A stretch of DNA of 63,382 bases, the filler included, from Cercozoa sp. M6MM (taxonomy: Eukaryota > Protista > Endomyxa: Ascetosporea), in NCBI GenBank assembly GCA_040357565.1. It is 9 parts of 9 records of this genome, joined end to end, with 100 filler letters (N's around TTAATTAATTAA, not from the genome) between each part and the next. Parts side by side here need not be neighbours in the genome. Positions count along the whole stretch, not along the records: positions 41,100 to 47,365 come from JBDODJ010000762.1; positions 47,466 to 50,534 come from JBDODJ010001621.1; positions 50,635 to 54,092 come from JBDODJ010001445.1; positions 54,193 to 58,591 come from JBDODJ010001146.1; 5 more parts are not named here. One strand, given 5' to 3'. This document shows positions 41,100 through 54,868 of this stretch, piece after piece. The stretch's first letter is position 1. Each line of letters begins with the position of its first letter. Position numbers and translations under genes: made by a program. The notes beneath the pieces are model-generated. The model searched no databases. It was not told the DNA's origin and was given only the letters and a program-made list of their open reading frames with translations.

Positions 41100-43235
41100 C
41101 GCGGACAAGCGAGTACCGACAATGTTGGGGTCCACATTCGGACTTGTGCCACCAAAGACATCGAGTGTGTACCGCCGCACTTGTTCAGGCACGCTCAGTT
41201 GCATGCGGCGGTCGAACTCGCGACTGGTGGCGGCCACCTCAACCATCTGCGAGAGTATTCCGTATGAGCAGATTCTACAAACGGCAGGGCGAGGTGTTCT
41301 TACTTTGGACAGAGCGCGAGCAAACCTCACTTGGTTCTTCTCGAGCGACAGAAACAATCTTGAGTGCTTTGCCTATGTCTGGCAAATAAGAAACACAAGG
41401 GAGGGAGAAAACAACTGACCTCCTTGCCATTGTCGCCGACAGCAACACGAGCACGTCGCCGCAAGAACTCAACAAGATCGTTGGCGCACAAGGCACTTTC
41501 GACCTTCACAAGCGTGTGCACACTCGTGTTGCTCACTTTGATATCGTCAGCGTCCTGTGAACACACGTGTATGAGCATCCTCACCTTTCACGGGGGAAAC
41601 AGCATCGGTACACAAGTGAAGTCACACGAAGGCATGACAGCAGTCACCGTGATGTGCGTTGCACCTATCCAACACACGCAATAACTTGGGAGAGCACAAG
41701 ACAAGGTGTAAACAAGCTACCAAGCTGTACAGCAATGCCTGGCTGGCCCTCGGTGACACACACGGCGTCAGGAATCAACGAGAGTCCCTGCAACTGTACA
41801 AGTACACAGACGTATGTATGCATGTACGCACAAGGCATATGATTCGACAGGGAGGTACCCCATAAGACTCGAACATGGTCATCAGGAATTGCTCGGCCTC
41901 AGTCTCAGCGAGTGCACGTGGCACCGGTAGCACCACGTGCCGTTCCTCCGGCGACACCGACAAGAACGACGACACGATGTGTTGCACCAGCTGCACCAGT
42001 CTGTTGTCCTGCTCGTACAGCTTTGTCCCGCGCTTGCCTGCGACACAGTGTAATGTCAAACAGACCCAGCATGCATACATAGAGAGGACATAGGGAGCAC
42101 CAAAGACGTCACTCAGCGGCCAGTACAAGGCATGGTTGGACAGCGGCAGTCGCAGGGCCTCGACGCCGTACCTCAGGAGTGGGTTGTACGTGCTTGCCGT
42201 CATCATGCCCATCATCAATCTGGTGCGACCGCGGGTGTTTCTCTCCGACAGAATCTCGCCCGATTCGTTGAGCACGAAGCGCACGCACTCACCTGCATGT
42301 ACACGACTCATAAATCCTTGCTGCAAGGTGCATACATGCTAGTGCACCATTCGAGGCGTGTTGTTCCAGTTCGTCGCGCGACTTGACAATGTGCACGTTC
42401 TTCCGACACACCAAGCAGTGGTCCACATTGTCTGTGTAGCACACATGTATGTAAAGGGGAGACAAACGAAGAGAAGGACGAAGGCACCCTGGTCAGTGCG
42501 ACGCATGAGAGCGCCGCCGACGCGAAGTGGACACTGGAAACGGAAGCGCGCACTGTTCTCCCAGCCCTAAGTTAGCTCAGTCAAAGCACTCCCACTCCGT
42601 AAAAGAAGGAGGTACAGCTTGCGAGTGGAAGGAGGCAAAGTCGCACTCTTCGATGGCGACACTTGTGCTGTGAGCACCTGCCATGAGACGCACCGCCACC
42701 AGCGAGAACCAGTTGACATTGCTCCGACTCTGCAAGGCCGGCCACTTCTGCACAGCAAAGCGACGCCACATGTCTTCCGACTTATGCTGCACAGCTTGTC
42801 CCTGAAACAACAACACCCAACATACACCACTGACCCACATGTATGTGCAGGTCGATCTACCCACACAGGGTGCACGTATGCCATTTCAGCAGCCTCGGCA
42901 ACCTTTTCACAGGCCAAGTTGAGCACGTGTGCCACCAGGTCGGCATTCAGCAGTGCCGTTCTGGCACTGGGACCCCCGTCATCTTGACTCTCCCTGGGAG
43001 GAGAAGTGCTGCTGGTCTCCTTGTCGCCACTTGCACCATCCTCCTGGAAACTACTCCGCCGAGAGGCAAGACGCATGTTTAGCGTCGACATCAAGGTGGG
43101 GTTCTCATGCACACCATCCATGTCGCTGTCACTGCAGTTGTCGCTGCTGCTGTTGTGGACATCCTGTGGCTTCTCGGAAAGATCAATCGTTCTGATGCTG
43201 TGTGCACCGACGTCTAAAACCAAGTATCCTGTCAT
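41100..43235 (-). CDS. Nuclear actin-related protein, ARP8-like, 3'-truncated
   Basis: YLVLDVGAHSIR (actin phosphate-1-like), RYGVEALRLPLSNHALYWPL, HVVLPVP..EQFLMTMFESYG, YCVCWIGATHITVTAV, with a long N-terminal insertion typical of ARP8. Confidence 0.6.
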
Positions 43236-43434
43236 CTAAACGCACTCAAAGCTACCCACACACACCAAAGCACACGGTGAAACTACAAAACGCGTCTGCT
43301 CGGAGTGCCGACTCGCTTTGAAAATTCGTCACTTTCGCATCTGCTGGTATAGCTGCTGCGGCCTGGCAGTTCTAGGAATTATAGCCTAGTTCTAGGGAAT
43401 TATACTTTGACTTGATATGACAATTAAATGCGGG

Positions 43435-45158
<1,724 letters not shown>

Positions 45159-45503
45159 CCAGTTCTGACGTTCCGCGCGGCCCGACGAAAAGTACTGTGG
45201 AAAAACTCAATGACCAAGCCAGTCAATTACGCGCACCCTTGGTCTGATTTGGGACTTGTGAGTGCGTGCTGGTACTCAAAATGGCCTTAGACTGTCTAAA
45301 GCACAGCAGAAGTAAAATGGCTCCAGTTTTCCTGATCGCTTCGGTTCCCAGGTCTCGCACGTTCGAAGCGTGACTTCTTCAGTCCTTCGCTAAACTCGTC
45401 GTCTGCTATGCGCAAGAGGGCTGGTTTGAATTGAATGCGAGACGAGTGCGGTATGTCGTGATCAAGTAAAGTTACACCAAAAGAGCTACCCCGTCGGGTA
45501 CGC

Positions 45504-45845
45504 TTCTAGAACTACATGCACCTAATTCTAGAAGTGGGCACTATTTCTAGAACTACATGCCCGAATTCTAGAAGAGGCACTGTTTGTAGAAATAGGGAGG
45601 CCTCTTGACCGTCCGTCAGGACATTTCTAGTCTTACCTGCATATCGCCGCCCTAATTCTAGAAATATCCAAGACCTGGTTTCTACTTCTAGAAATAACGA
45701 AGACAGGGTGTATATTTCTAGAAATAACCAAGTCGTATCTCTCAGTTCTAGTAGCAACCAGCCTGAGGGTGCGTATTTCTAGAAGTAGGGCCATTTTCGC
45801 TCGGCTGCAGCAGCAAGTGACAAAATAAGCTCTGTGTTTCTAGAA
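45504..45845. repeat. Phased array of TTCTAGAA palindromes with diverged spacers
   Basis: Nine perfect and about three near-perfect cores; periods of about 20 bp then about 30 bp. Confidence 0.92.
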
Positions 45846-45903
45846 GTAGGACACGCTTGCAATAGCCTACCACGCACTCCAAGTCCTCGCTGACGAGCTT
45901 GTC

Positions 45904-46828
45904 CTACTTGGACGCTGCACCCGGAACCATGGGCGAACCATAGTTGACGGGCAGTGAGACTTTGTTGTTCCGCAGGCCTACTAGCGGATGTACGGCCGGG
46001 ATGCTGAGATGACTTTTTGGTAGTTAAGAAGAAAAATAATCAACTAACCTGTTCTGTCATGGGTCAGATTTTAAATTCAGCCGCGCAGACGACGTGAACA
46101 GGGGGAAGTTTTGCTTAAAATTTGGGCACATTCACTTCAACATTGTGCCCGTAGAGCCCGCACGGCGACTCCGATTTGAAGGATTTTCGGAAAACGACAG
46201 TGACAACGGTGAGCGGTTCCAGTTCTGTGAGAGTTGTTCGTCCTCTGGCTTCGCGCATGCTTGGGCAGGTTATGGCAAGGACTGCAACAACTTCGGTCAA
46301 GTTGTTGTGCTTGACGTAGTCGCTGGCCGAAGGTAGTTTGAATCCGTCTTGTTGGTACCTCGAAACAAGGCCCGACTGCAAGCAACTCACGGCGGGTGTG
46401 TAGAGCAACGTGGTGACAATATCTTGCAGCGACACCATTACACCACGCGCAGTGCCGATCTTAAAACTACGTGTGCGCCGCAAAGGATTCTGTCTGCTGG
46501 GTTTGGTGACTCGTTTCGATAGTGTCCTAGACCAGCGTTCTTTCCGAAAATGAACACGTCGTCTGCATTCGACATACCCACGACGACGGACCGGGCATCT
46601 CTATTGATTTGTCTCGCCGTTTCTGGTGTGAATCAAAGGATGAGGTCGATCGAGATTCCTAGTTCCGTGCGTTGTACCTTCGGGAAAGAGTGGACACGGG
46701 ACGTGCACAGTTGGTATCACCAACGATGGCGTCATCTTCTTAAACAGAGCCGTTGCTCTTGTCGCTTGCGTCGCTTGCTCTCGTCTAATCTTGTCGAGTA
46801 GCGTTCCACCGGCGGCTTGTCGTGCCAT
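45904..46828 (-). CDS. Hypothetical protein
   Basis: Open blocks 46601-46828 and 46115-46483 can be linked by plausible introns; no recognised domain. Confidence 0.3.
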
Positions 46829-47465
46829 GTTCGTCGGCGAGATGGCTAGTCAGCTGCATGGCCCCAATGACGGACGCGGGAAAAGGACAATTGTAGTCCC
46901 GGATACGCTTCCGATTCATGAGCTAAGCTGCGAAAGAACAACAACAAAAAAAAAAAAGAACGAAAAGTAGCAAAAGGCATTGCAAGGAATTAGGGAATCG
47001 TGTGTCCCTGATCAATATTGTCTATCACAAGAGACAAGGCGTAAACCTGATAAGAGAAGGCCTGTATACCCCCTCTCAATGGTGCCACTCCGTTTATTAT
47101 GGCCGCGTTGTGCGCGGGCGGTACAGTACAGTATCATCACCTGTAGCCACCGAGCCAGCCTCAGCGACCCGTGTCGGTTCTGCGGCTTGGCGAGCTATTC
47201 GCTGGCGTGTGCTGGATATGAGTGATGTTTGCGCAACCAGAGTCCTTAGTCCTGCACTCTGAGTGCGGACGCCAGCACACAGCCCCGTTTGGCTGTGAGT
47301 GAGTCGTCGTTGGTGCGTTGCGGTTTCGGTTTCAAAGTTCCTGTGTGTGTAAATTTTTTTGGTTGNNNNNNNNNNNNNNNNNNNNNNNNNNNNNNNNNNN
47401 NNNNNNNNNTTAATTAATTAANNNNNNNNNNNNNNNNNNNNNNNNNNNNNNNNNNNNNNNNNNNN

Positions 47466-47511
<46 letters not shown>

Positions 47512-47513
47512 AG

Positions 47514-49718
47514 GCATTCATGCGAGCCAAGTTTCCCTCGAAACACTCAGAGTGGCGACAGCATCCGCAGTGGAGTAAGGTGTTTCAGTGGCTCTCCTCG
47601 TCGGCCAAGCTTCCTGAAGTGATGTGCATCATTCGCAAGTCACCGCACTCGTCCGTGCACGTGGTAACTGGATGATCGCCCTTGTTTGCCGTCACTAAAG
47701 CGGAGAGGTGACTGTACCGCTGTATGTGTGTTTAGGCCACACTAGAGTGTACCAGCGTGGTGCGTCAGCTCGTGCAGAGTTCTGTCTATGGCAGCAGTTT
47801 TGATGGTGACAGTGACGGTGACGATGATCGCTCTATGGATGACGGTGACAGTGACGGTGACGGTGATGGCGACAGTGACGGTGACAGTGACAGTGACGGC
47901 GATCGACCCAACCTGGACTACTCTCTCATGTGCGACATGACGCGCGGCCTGCCTGTCGCTCTGCAGGCGTGCTGCGACCTGATCGAAGGCAAGTACACCG
48001 ACGCTTGCCGTGCGCTGGCGGAGTACCGTCTCTCTGACTTAGCCCGCCCCCCCCCTCCCCTGTCATCCCTTCCGCTTTGTTGTGAGCAGGGCAGATCTCG
48101 GTTCCAAGTGGAACAGCGAAATACTCTTGTCGCTGCTCAAGAGTGGAAAGTTCGACCACGCCATTGCCTTCGCCGATACCGCCGGCAACAAAAGCACTGC
48201 CGTACCTTATTTGTCGAGCGTTTGTTTTGTCCATCTTTATATTTACCATATGTATATACACCTTGTGTACTAGCAGAGACCGGTGGAATTGGGCCCCGAC
48301 GCTGCCACCGCCGTGTGCGAGCACTTGCTGCGCGCGCGTTTTGAGCACGTGTCCGAGAACTTCGATTTGCGCGAGAACTTCCGCAAGCCGGTACTTGCCT
48401 GCCAAGTGATCACAAACGACCGCTTATCTTTGATGATGTCTTGGGCAGCCACACTGCATCGATATCACGGAGGCGGAAAAGCTCCTTTTGCGTTTTGTAA
48501 ACAAGCACGCCCCGAGGCTTTTCGATGAGCACTTGGTACGCTTTCCATTCATGCAGACTTTGTCTGTGCGTGTGCGTGTGCTTAGTTGTACTGTAACCTC
48601 GTTGTTCGTGCAGTCGACTCTCGCGGTATCGAGTCCGGCGGTGTTCCGGGAAGTTATGCGGCGCATCAAGCAGGAGAAACGTTTTAGTAAAGACAAACTG
48701 GTCCCTCTCATGTTTAGTCATCAAATAATTTGTAGGTATGGTCACTGGTGTCTCGGTGTCAATGAGCAGGCGCAAGTGCCATTGGAGATCACCGAGGCAG
48801 TGGACGTCCTGGAGCGAGCGATGACACCGTCAGCTCGTGCGCGACGCCACCACGCGCAGTGCTCCATTGTGTACTGGTACACCTGTGCCTCCTGCTACTT
48901 GTGACCCGTGCATGATATTCGCCTCCTCGTGTTCCCAGGACGAACTTGGGCCTCCCCGTGCACGCTGGCCCGAGCGTGTCTTCGTCATGTTTCGCACAGC
49001 GAATCGTTCGCAAGCGATTGTTCGCACTGGTGCGACGTATCGTTGAGTACTACTTCCTCCATACTGTGCTTTTCTTGTGTCCACGTACTTAGATACGCGC
49101 ACATCCTCCAGCACGGCGAAGGAGAACGAAGACGACAGTGATGAGGAGGAAGACGTGACGAGTACTCCCTTTGAGATACAGCGGCCCTTCCTTATCGTAT
49201 CCTCTCCTTCGTTGTGGCTTTAGTATCGCTGTTCAGTTACACTCCTTTGTTGCCCCAGCGATTCGCCGACTTTGGCCACGAGCGAAAACGCGTCACAACT
49301 TTTCTTACCGAGGTACGTTCATTTCTTTTCCTCTTTGTTGCTTGCACAGTTGGACTTCGTGCGTTGTGCAGCTGAAAAAGTGCGGACAAGTTCTCGGAAC
49401 GCACACAAAGCGAACGGACTCGTGGCACGATCACGTAGCCTTGCCTTTCTGCCTTGAGCCTTTGTCATTACAAGTTAGCACTCATATGTCCTTGTGTAGT
49501 TTGAAGAGGTGCGAGAGGCTGTCATGGACCGCTTCCGCGACGAGTGTTCCACTTTGTTGCAGCCCAGTACGATCTAGAATTTACTCCTTCTGCTTTCTTT
49601 ATCCCCCTTTCCCAGCTGCTTCAACGCGTATCTTGGCGTCCAACGAGAAGTTAATGCTTGAATGTGAAAGTGACGATGACGCTGGTCAACAGCAGCAACA
49701 ACATCAACAAAAGCCACA

Positions 49719-49749
<31 letters not shown>

Positions 49750-50349
49750 CAGCAACAACAACAACGGCAACAACAACAACAACAGCAACAGCAACAACAG
49801 CAGCAACAACAACAAGACCAGCAGCAAGAGCGACAGCAGTTCCAGTTCACAGGCAGTGACGTCAGTCATGTTCTCTCCGATACTGCTGCCAACAACAGCA
49901 GCAACAACAATGCCAATGACAATAACAAGGACAGCAACGACGATGAGAAGAAGCCTGTCACTGACACTGACCATATTACCGATGATGGTACTACTGTCAC
50001 TAATACCGGTGATACTGTCGCTGGCACTGAAAAGGGTGCTGCTACCGCTGCCGCGCCCACTGCCGAGCTGCCAATGCAGGACGACGACACAGACATCCTT
50101 GAGATCGACCTGCCTGAAATTGACATGCCCGAGATCGACATGCCTAAGATAGACTTGTCTGAGAGCGGCATGCCTGATATCGACATGCCTGATATCAACA
50201 TGCCTGATATCGACATGCCTGATATCGACATGCCTGATATCGTGATCGATGATGGTGTCGTCGAAGACAGTGCCGTCAGCGACGGCAATGACACACTGGA
50301 CTTCCACAACGACAGCGAGCTGTTTCGTACTGCGCCGAGCGATAAGAAG
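47514..50349 (+). CDS. Internal part of a large protein, possibly ELYS/MEL-28-like, with polyQ and (E/D)IDMP repeats
   Basis: ALQACCDLIEGKYTDACRALAEADLGSKWNSEILLSLLKSGKFDHAIAF and DITEAEKLLLRFV loosely resemble the ELYS helical domain. The gene is well supported; the identity is tentative. Confidence 0.5.
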
Positions 50350-50419
50350 GTCGTGCACAATTACACTACACTATTACGTTTCTCTGCCCCTTCTATCCCG
50401 TCGTGTGTATCGTGTGTTT

Positions 50420-50534
<115 letters not shown>

Positions 50535-50670
50535 NNNNNNNNNNNNNNNNNNNNNNNNNNNNNNNNNNNNNNNNNNNNTTAATTAATTAANNNNNNNNNN
50601 NNNNNNNNNNNNNNNNNNNNNNNNNNNNNNNNNNCCCCCCTTTACCCCCCACCCCCTTTACCCCTTGTAG

Positions 50671-52100
50671 AGCGGCGACAGTGGCGGCGACACTTTGTCG
50701 AAAGCGGCGCTGCATGCGGTGCGGCAGCGACGACGTTCCTCCGTGGTACACAGGGGGGTAAAGTGGGGGGTAAAGTGGGGGGTAAGATGGGGGGTAAGAT
50801 AGAGGGTAAGGGGTAGAAGGGGTAAGGGGAGGGGGGTAAGATGCCGGTGTGTGTGCAGGCGGGTGCGCGACGTAGTTCTTTGACGCCGCCGCCTGACACG
50901 TCTTGTACCCTGCTTACCCCCCTGCTTACCCCCCTCCCCCCCCCACGTGGCAGTGGAGGAGGGAGCACTACGTCGCACGGTGACTCCATCACCGTCCTCG
51001 TCCACTGGGACCGTCGGTGGGACCGTCAGTGGGACCGTCGGTGGGACGGTGCGACCACGTGCACCGTCGTCGCCGAGTCGACGCTCGCCTGCGCCGCGAC
51101 GGTTTTACCCCCCTACCCTCTTTCCCCCCCCCCCCCTTTACCCCCTGTGTGTGTAGACAGAGCACTCGACGGTTTGGAACGCGTCGACGTGCGCCCGCTT
51201 CGGTTTTACCCCCCCTCCACCCCTCGCTTCACCCCCTTACCTCCCCCTCCCCCTGTAGATACGACGACGACGTCCAACGCAACAGCGGCAGGAACAGGTG
51301 CGTTTGTTTGAGGGGGGTAAAGGGGGGTAAAACCTGCCTCTGCAGGTGCCGTCGTCAGTGGCGCCTCGCTTCCGCGCGTTCGCACAGCGCGTCGTGGAGG
51401 TGACTCTCACTCAGACTCAGTTGGCACGTGGCCCACTGACCAGTTGGCATGTGTCTCACTGTGTATGTATGTGTATGTATGTGGTGTGTGTATGTGGTGT
51501 ATATATGTGGTGTATGTGTATGNNNNNNNNNNGCGACGACGAATCGGCGGTGCGCACTGCCATGCTGGAGCAGGGCTGTCAGGTTCTTACCCCCCCCCCC
51601 CCCCCCCCCCTTTCCCCCTTTACCCCCCCCCCCCCCCGGACAGGAGTTCGAGATCGAGGCGGTGCTGCAGCGTCGCTGGGCCGTGCTGACGGTGCGGCAG
51701 GCCGAGGAGACCGAGTCGTCGGTGGAGGAGCACGTGGTACGAGTGGTCACACATGTCGCCACTGACGATCAGGGTGACCACGTGGCCACTGGTACCACTG
51801 ACGATCAGACCGACCATCAAACCGACGATCAGACCGACCATCAGATGCCACACGTGCGTCCGGGCCCGCCGCCGCCGCCTCCTGTGGTAAGGGGTCTTAG
51901 AGGAAGTCAAGGGGTAAAGGGCTAAGAGGCCAGGGGATATGCTGCCTGCTGTAGGTGCCGCTGAAGCCGCCGCCGCCGCCTGCACTGATTCGGGTAGGAC
52001 TTTTACCCCCCCCCCCCCGGGGGCCCGCCTCTACTTGTACTTGTCGATAGGGACCGCCGCCGCCGCCAGCGCACCTGCTGCAACAACAGTACGACAGTCA
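50671..52100 (+). CDS. Hypothetical protein, 3' part, with a Pro-rich tail
   Basis: GC-rich exons between TTACCCC-rich introns (PRFRAFAQRVVE, EFEIEAVLQRRW, GPPPPPP). Confidence 0.4.
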
Positions 52101-52318
52101 GTAGTCGAGTAGTGCGAGAAGTGGGGTGTGTGTGTCCTCGGCCAGCGGTCTTGGCCGAGTTGAGTCGAGTGTGAGCGTTGTTAAAAATGTCAATTTGTCC
52201 GTCCGTTCAGTTGATGTCGAATATTGTATTAATATCGCGGCTTATTTCGAACGCCGTACGTACTGTACTCGCTCGACTGCACGGCAGATACCGTATGTAC
52301 GGTCTATCGTACCGCTTC

Positions 52319-52391
52319 TCCCCGTTAGTCTAGTTGGTTAGGATACTCGGCTCTCACCCGAGAGACCCGGATTCAAATCCCAGGCGGGGAA
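52319..52391 (+). tRNA. tRNA-Glu(CTC), with a mismatched T-stem and altered B box
   Basis: Acceptor TCCCCGT/GCGGGGA; anticodon arm CTCGG-CTCTCAC-CCGAG; T-arm CCGGA-TTCAAAT-CCCAG has two mismatches. Confidence 0.85.
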
Positions 52392-52525
52392 CTTTACGTG
52401 TATTTTCCATAGAGCCCTTGCCCCTGCCTCTGTCCCAGCAAAACAAAGGAGAAGCGCGTCAGCAGAGGCAACAAGGGCGGCAGGTGTCTTTGCTGCTATG
52501 CACTTGGCTTGTAAGCTGCGTATAT

Positions 52526-52609
52526 GCCCAGGTGGCGAGTGGTCTAAGGCGCTTGACTTAAGTTCAAGTATCCAAATAGGGTGCGTGGGTTCGAATCCCA
52601 CCCTGGGAA
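52526..52609 (+). tRNA. tRNA-Leu(TAA), with a 1:72 mismatch and short D-arm
   Basis: GCCCAGG/CCTGGGA, CTTGA-CTTAAGT-TCAAG, long variable arm, GTGGG-TTCGAAT-CCCAC, followed by a T-run. Confidence 0.85.
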
Positions 52610-52645
52610 CTTTTCGTTTTGCCTTGCCAAAGGCACTGAGATGCT

Positions 52646-52727
52646 GGCCGGATGGCCGAGTGGTCTAAGGGGCCTGACTCAAGTTCAGGTCTACATAGTG
52701 GGGTGGGTTCGAATCCCACTTCAGGCA
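52646..52727 (+). tRNA. tRNA-Leu(CAA), with an imperfect acceptor stem
   Basis: TGGCCGAGTGG A box, CCTGA-CTCAAGT-TCAGG, intact T-arm, T6 terminator; acceptor GGCCGGA/TTCAGGC pairs poorly. Confidence 0.82.
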
Positions 52728-52870
52728 CGTTTTTTGCCTCTCAACACAAGGACCTGCCCTGTGTTTTGCTGGCCTCTGTTGCAAGGCACCTGGCCAACTT
52801 GAGAACACACCGCACTCTGCACTGCACTGCACTAGCGTAGGACACACAAGCCTACTATCAGATCACCACA

Positions 52871-52946
52871 GCACCGATGGTTTAGTGGTACGGTAGAATA
52901 TCTCGTTGCCAACGAGGTGGCCCGGGTTCGATTCCCGGTCGGTGCA
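52871..52946 (+). tRNA. tRNA-Gly(GCC), with an enlarged D-loop
   Basis: GCACCGA/TCGGTGC, TCTCG-TTGCCAA-CGAGG, CCGGG-TTCGATT-CCCGG; D-loop AGTGGTACGGTA carries a GGTA duplication; T4 terminator. Confidence 0.9.
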
Positions 52947-53037
52947 TTTTCTGCGGATCAGTGCTATCGTTGTTACTGTGCTGTCTAGTAAAGCCTGTTT
53001 TAGTGCAGCTCGACACAGCATCCGATGCCGTGCGACG

Positions 53038-54030
53038 ATGTACAGAGCGGTGTTGTCGTGTCCCGGTCAAGCATGTTTGATGCCGGTAGGTCGCAACTTG
53101 AGTGCACCGCCTACACACAAAACGCACACATGTACGAGAGGCACCGTGGTGTGTGCTCAGAGTGCTAGGTAAACCAGAGTGCTTCATCTGCGCAATGATG
53201 TCCTGCAGTCCATTGGCGCCGACCTTGACGCCACGGCGACCGGTGGCACGTGCCTTGCCTGTGGTACGCCAGGACCGAGTTTATCAAAAGCGTTAGGAAA
53301 CACAGCCAAAGATGTGTGACTCACCGCCCGCCTTGCCTCCGGCAGCAGCAGTGCTGCTTTGCGCCTGCTGCTTGCTGCACAAGCAAGAGGGTGTACACAC
53401 TGACCCCTCCTCCAATACAGCAGAGAGCATACGCAGCATGTTCGGCCGTGCGTCGCAGCTTCTGCAGACACGTGTGGTGAGTCAAGGTATACTATACAAA
53501 AGGCCCAGTGACTGCGACCTGACTTACAGTGAGCGAGGTGTCGAACTGCTTCGTGAACTTTGCGAACAGCTCAAACAGCGCCGTCGAATCCGATACTGGG
53601 TACACGGGAGGGTATACTCACTTGCACACTTGCACACCAGCAGCAGCAACAGTGTACACTTGGGACACGCGAGGAACTCAACCGCCTGCTGAACGCTCTC
53701 TTGCGCCTGTGCAAGGGCAGGTTCAAGGCAGCAGAGAGAGAGAGAGGGGGGGATTCATACCGCTGCGAGGAGTTTCTTGAGTGCCTCAATACGCGGCAGT
53801 GCCTCCTTCAAAAAGGTCTGCATTCGACTGGCCAGCTTGTCGTCTGTTCAGATGTATGCGTGCGTGTCCACATGAGGTCTCTCGTGATAACAGTGCAAGT
53901 ATGAAACACACCCTTGTGCGTATTGGTATTGTCTTGGTTCTTGACTGCCGTATCGACACTCTTCACGCCGCGCGCGATCTTGTTGACGGCGGCCTGCACA
54001 CTCAACCACATGACAAGGACGCAAGGAAGG
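53038..54030 (+). CDS. Hypothetical protein, 3'-truncated
   Basis: Series of open exon-like blocks; no recognised domain. Confidence 0.35.
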
Positions 54031-54043
54031 GCAGGGAAAGCCC

Positions 54044-54092
<49 letters not shown>

Positions 54093-54192
54093 NNNNNNNN
54101 NNNNNNNNNNNNNNNNNNNNNNNNNNNNNNNNNNNNTTAATTAATTAANNNNNNNNNNNNNNNNNNNNNNNNNNNNNNNNNNNNNNNNNNNN

Positions 54193-54241
<49 letters not shown>

Positions 54242-54275
54242 TTTGTCATGCTGACGTACCTCTATGAGTGTGCAG

Positions 54276-54395
54276 GTGTCGCCACGCGTGCGTGCCCTGT
54301 TCGAGAAGCACGGCCTCGAGTACGACTCGCGGCCGTTCGTGGGTGCGCTCGGTGACACCTTCAGCAACCTCTCGGACGTCGGCAACGCCATCTAA
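54276..54395 (+). CDS. Last exon of a front-end (delta-5/6-type) fatty acid desaturase
   Basis: VSPRVRALFEKHGLEYDSRPFVGALGDTFSNLSDVGNAI* matches the C-terminus of front-end desaturases. Confidence 0.75.
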   Translation: MSPRVRALFEKHGLEYDSRPFVGALGDTFSNLSDVGNAI

Positions 54396-54868
54396 TTATA
54401 ACTCGACCCGCAGTGTTCTCGTTCATCGCATGTGCCTTGGAGTGTACTCCTTTGGCTTTGAGATATTTTGAGCTACTCGACGCGGAGCCGGGCCGCTTGC
54501 GTTGTACAGTGCTAGTTAGTTTCTCACTGGCACGGCATACGAAAAAGCTTCTGTCATCGCGGTGACGATGTGCTATTGGATTGAGATAAGCAGACTACGA
54601 GCACTCCAGTGTCGGTGCACTTACTGTACCGCTGGAAACGTGGCACACAGGAAACGTGGCACTGTGCTCCCGCGAATGATTGAGCACCATTCCATTCCGA
54701 GTGAGTTCTCCCGCCAAAACATTGGACCGCCTCACGCCCTCACGCGAAGCCCACAAGGTGCTGTGCACAACCCGGAACTTATTGTAGGGTATCAACCATC
54801 TGCGCAGTATTCCTAGTCGTTCCCGCGGATTTGTTGTGTTGTTCCCAGATACTTCGCTTGTCTGCCAA

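Noticed and set aside
45504-45845. CRISPR array
   Set aside because: Repeat core only 8-14 bp, spacers mutually similar and short, no cas genes, eukaryotic context.
46137-46385. SWIM zinc finger of a Mutator transposase next to the TTCTAGAA array
   Set aside because: CHC and PC..H lie in different frames with wrong spacing; no DDE domain seen.
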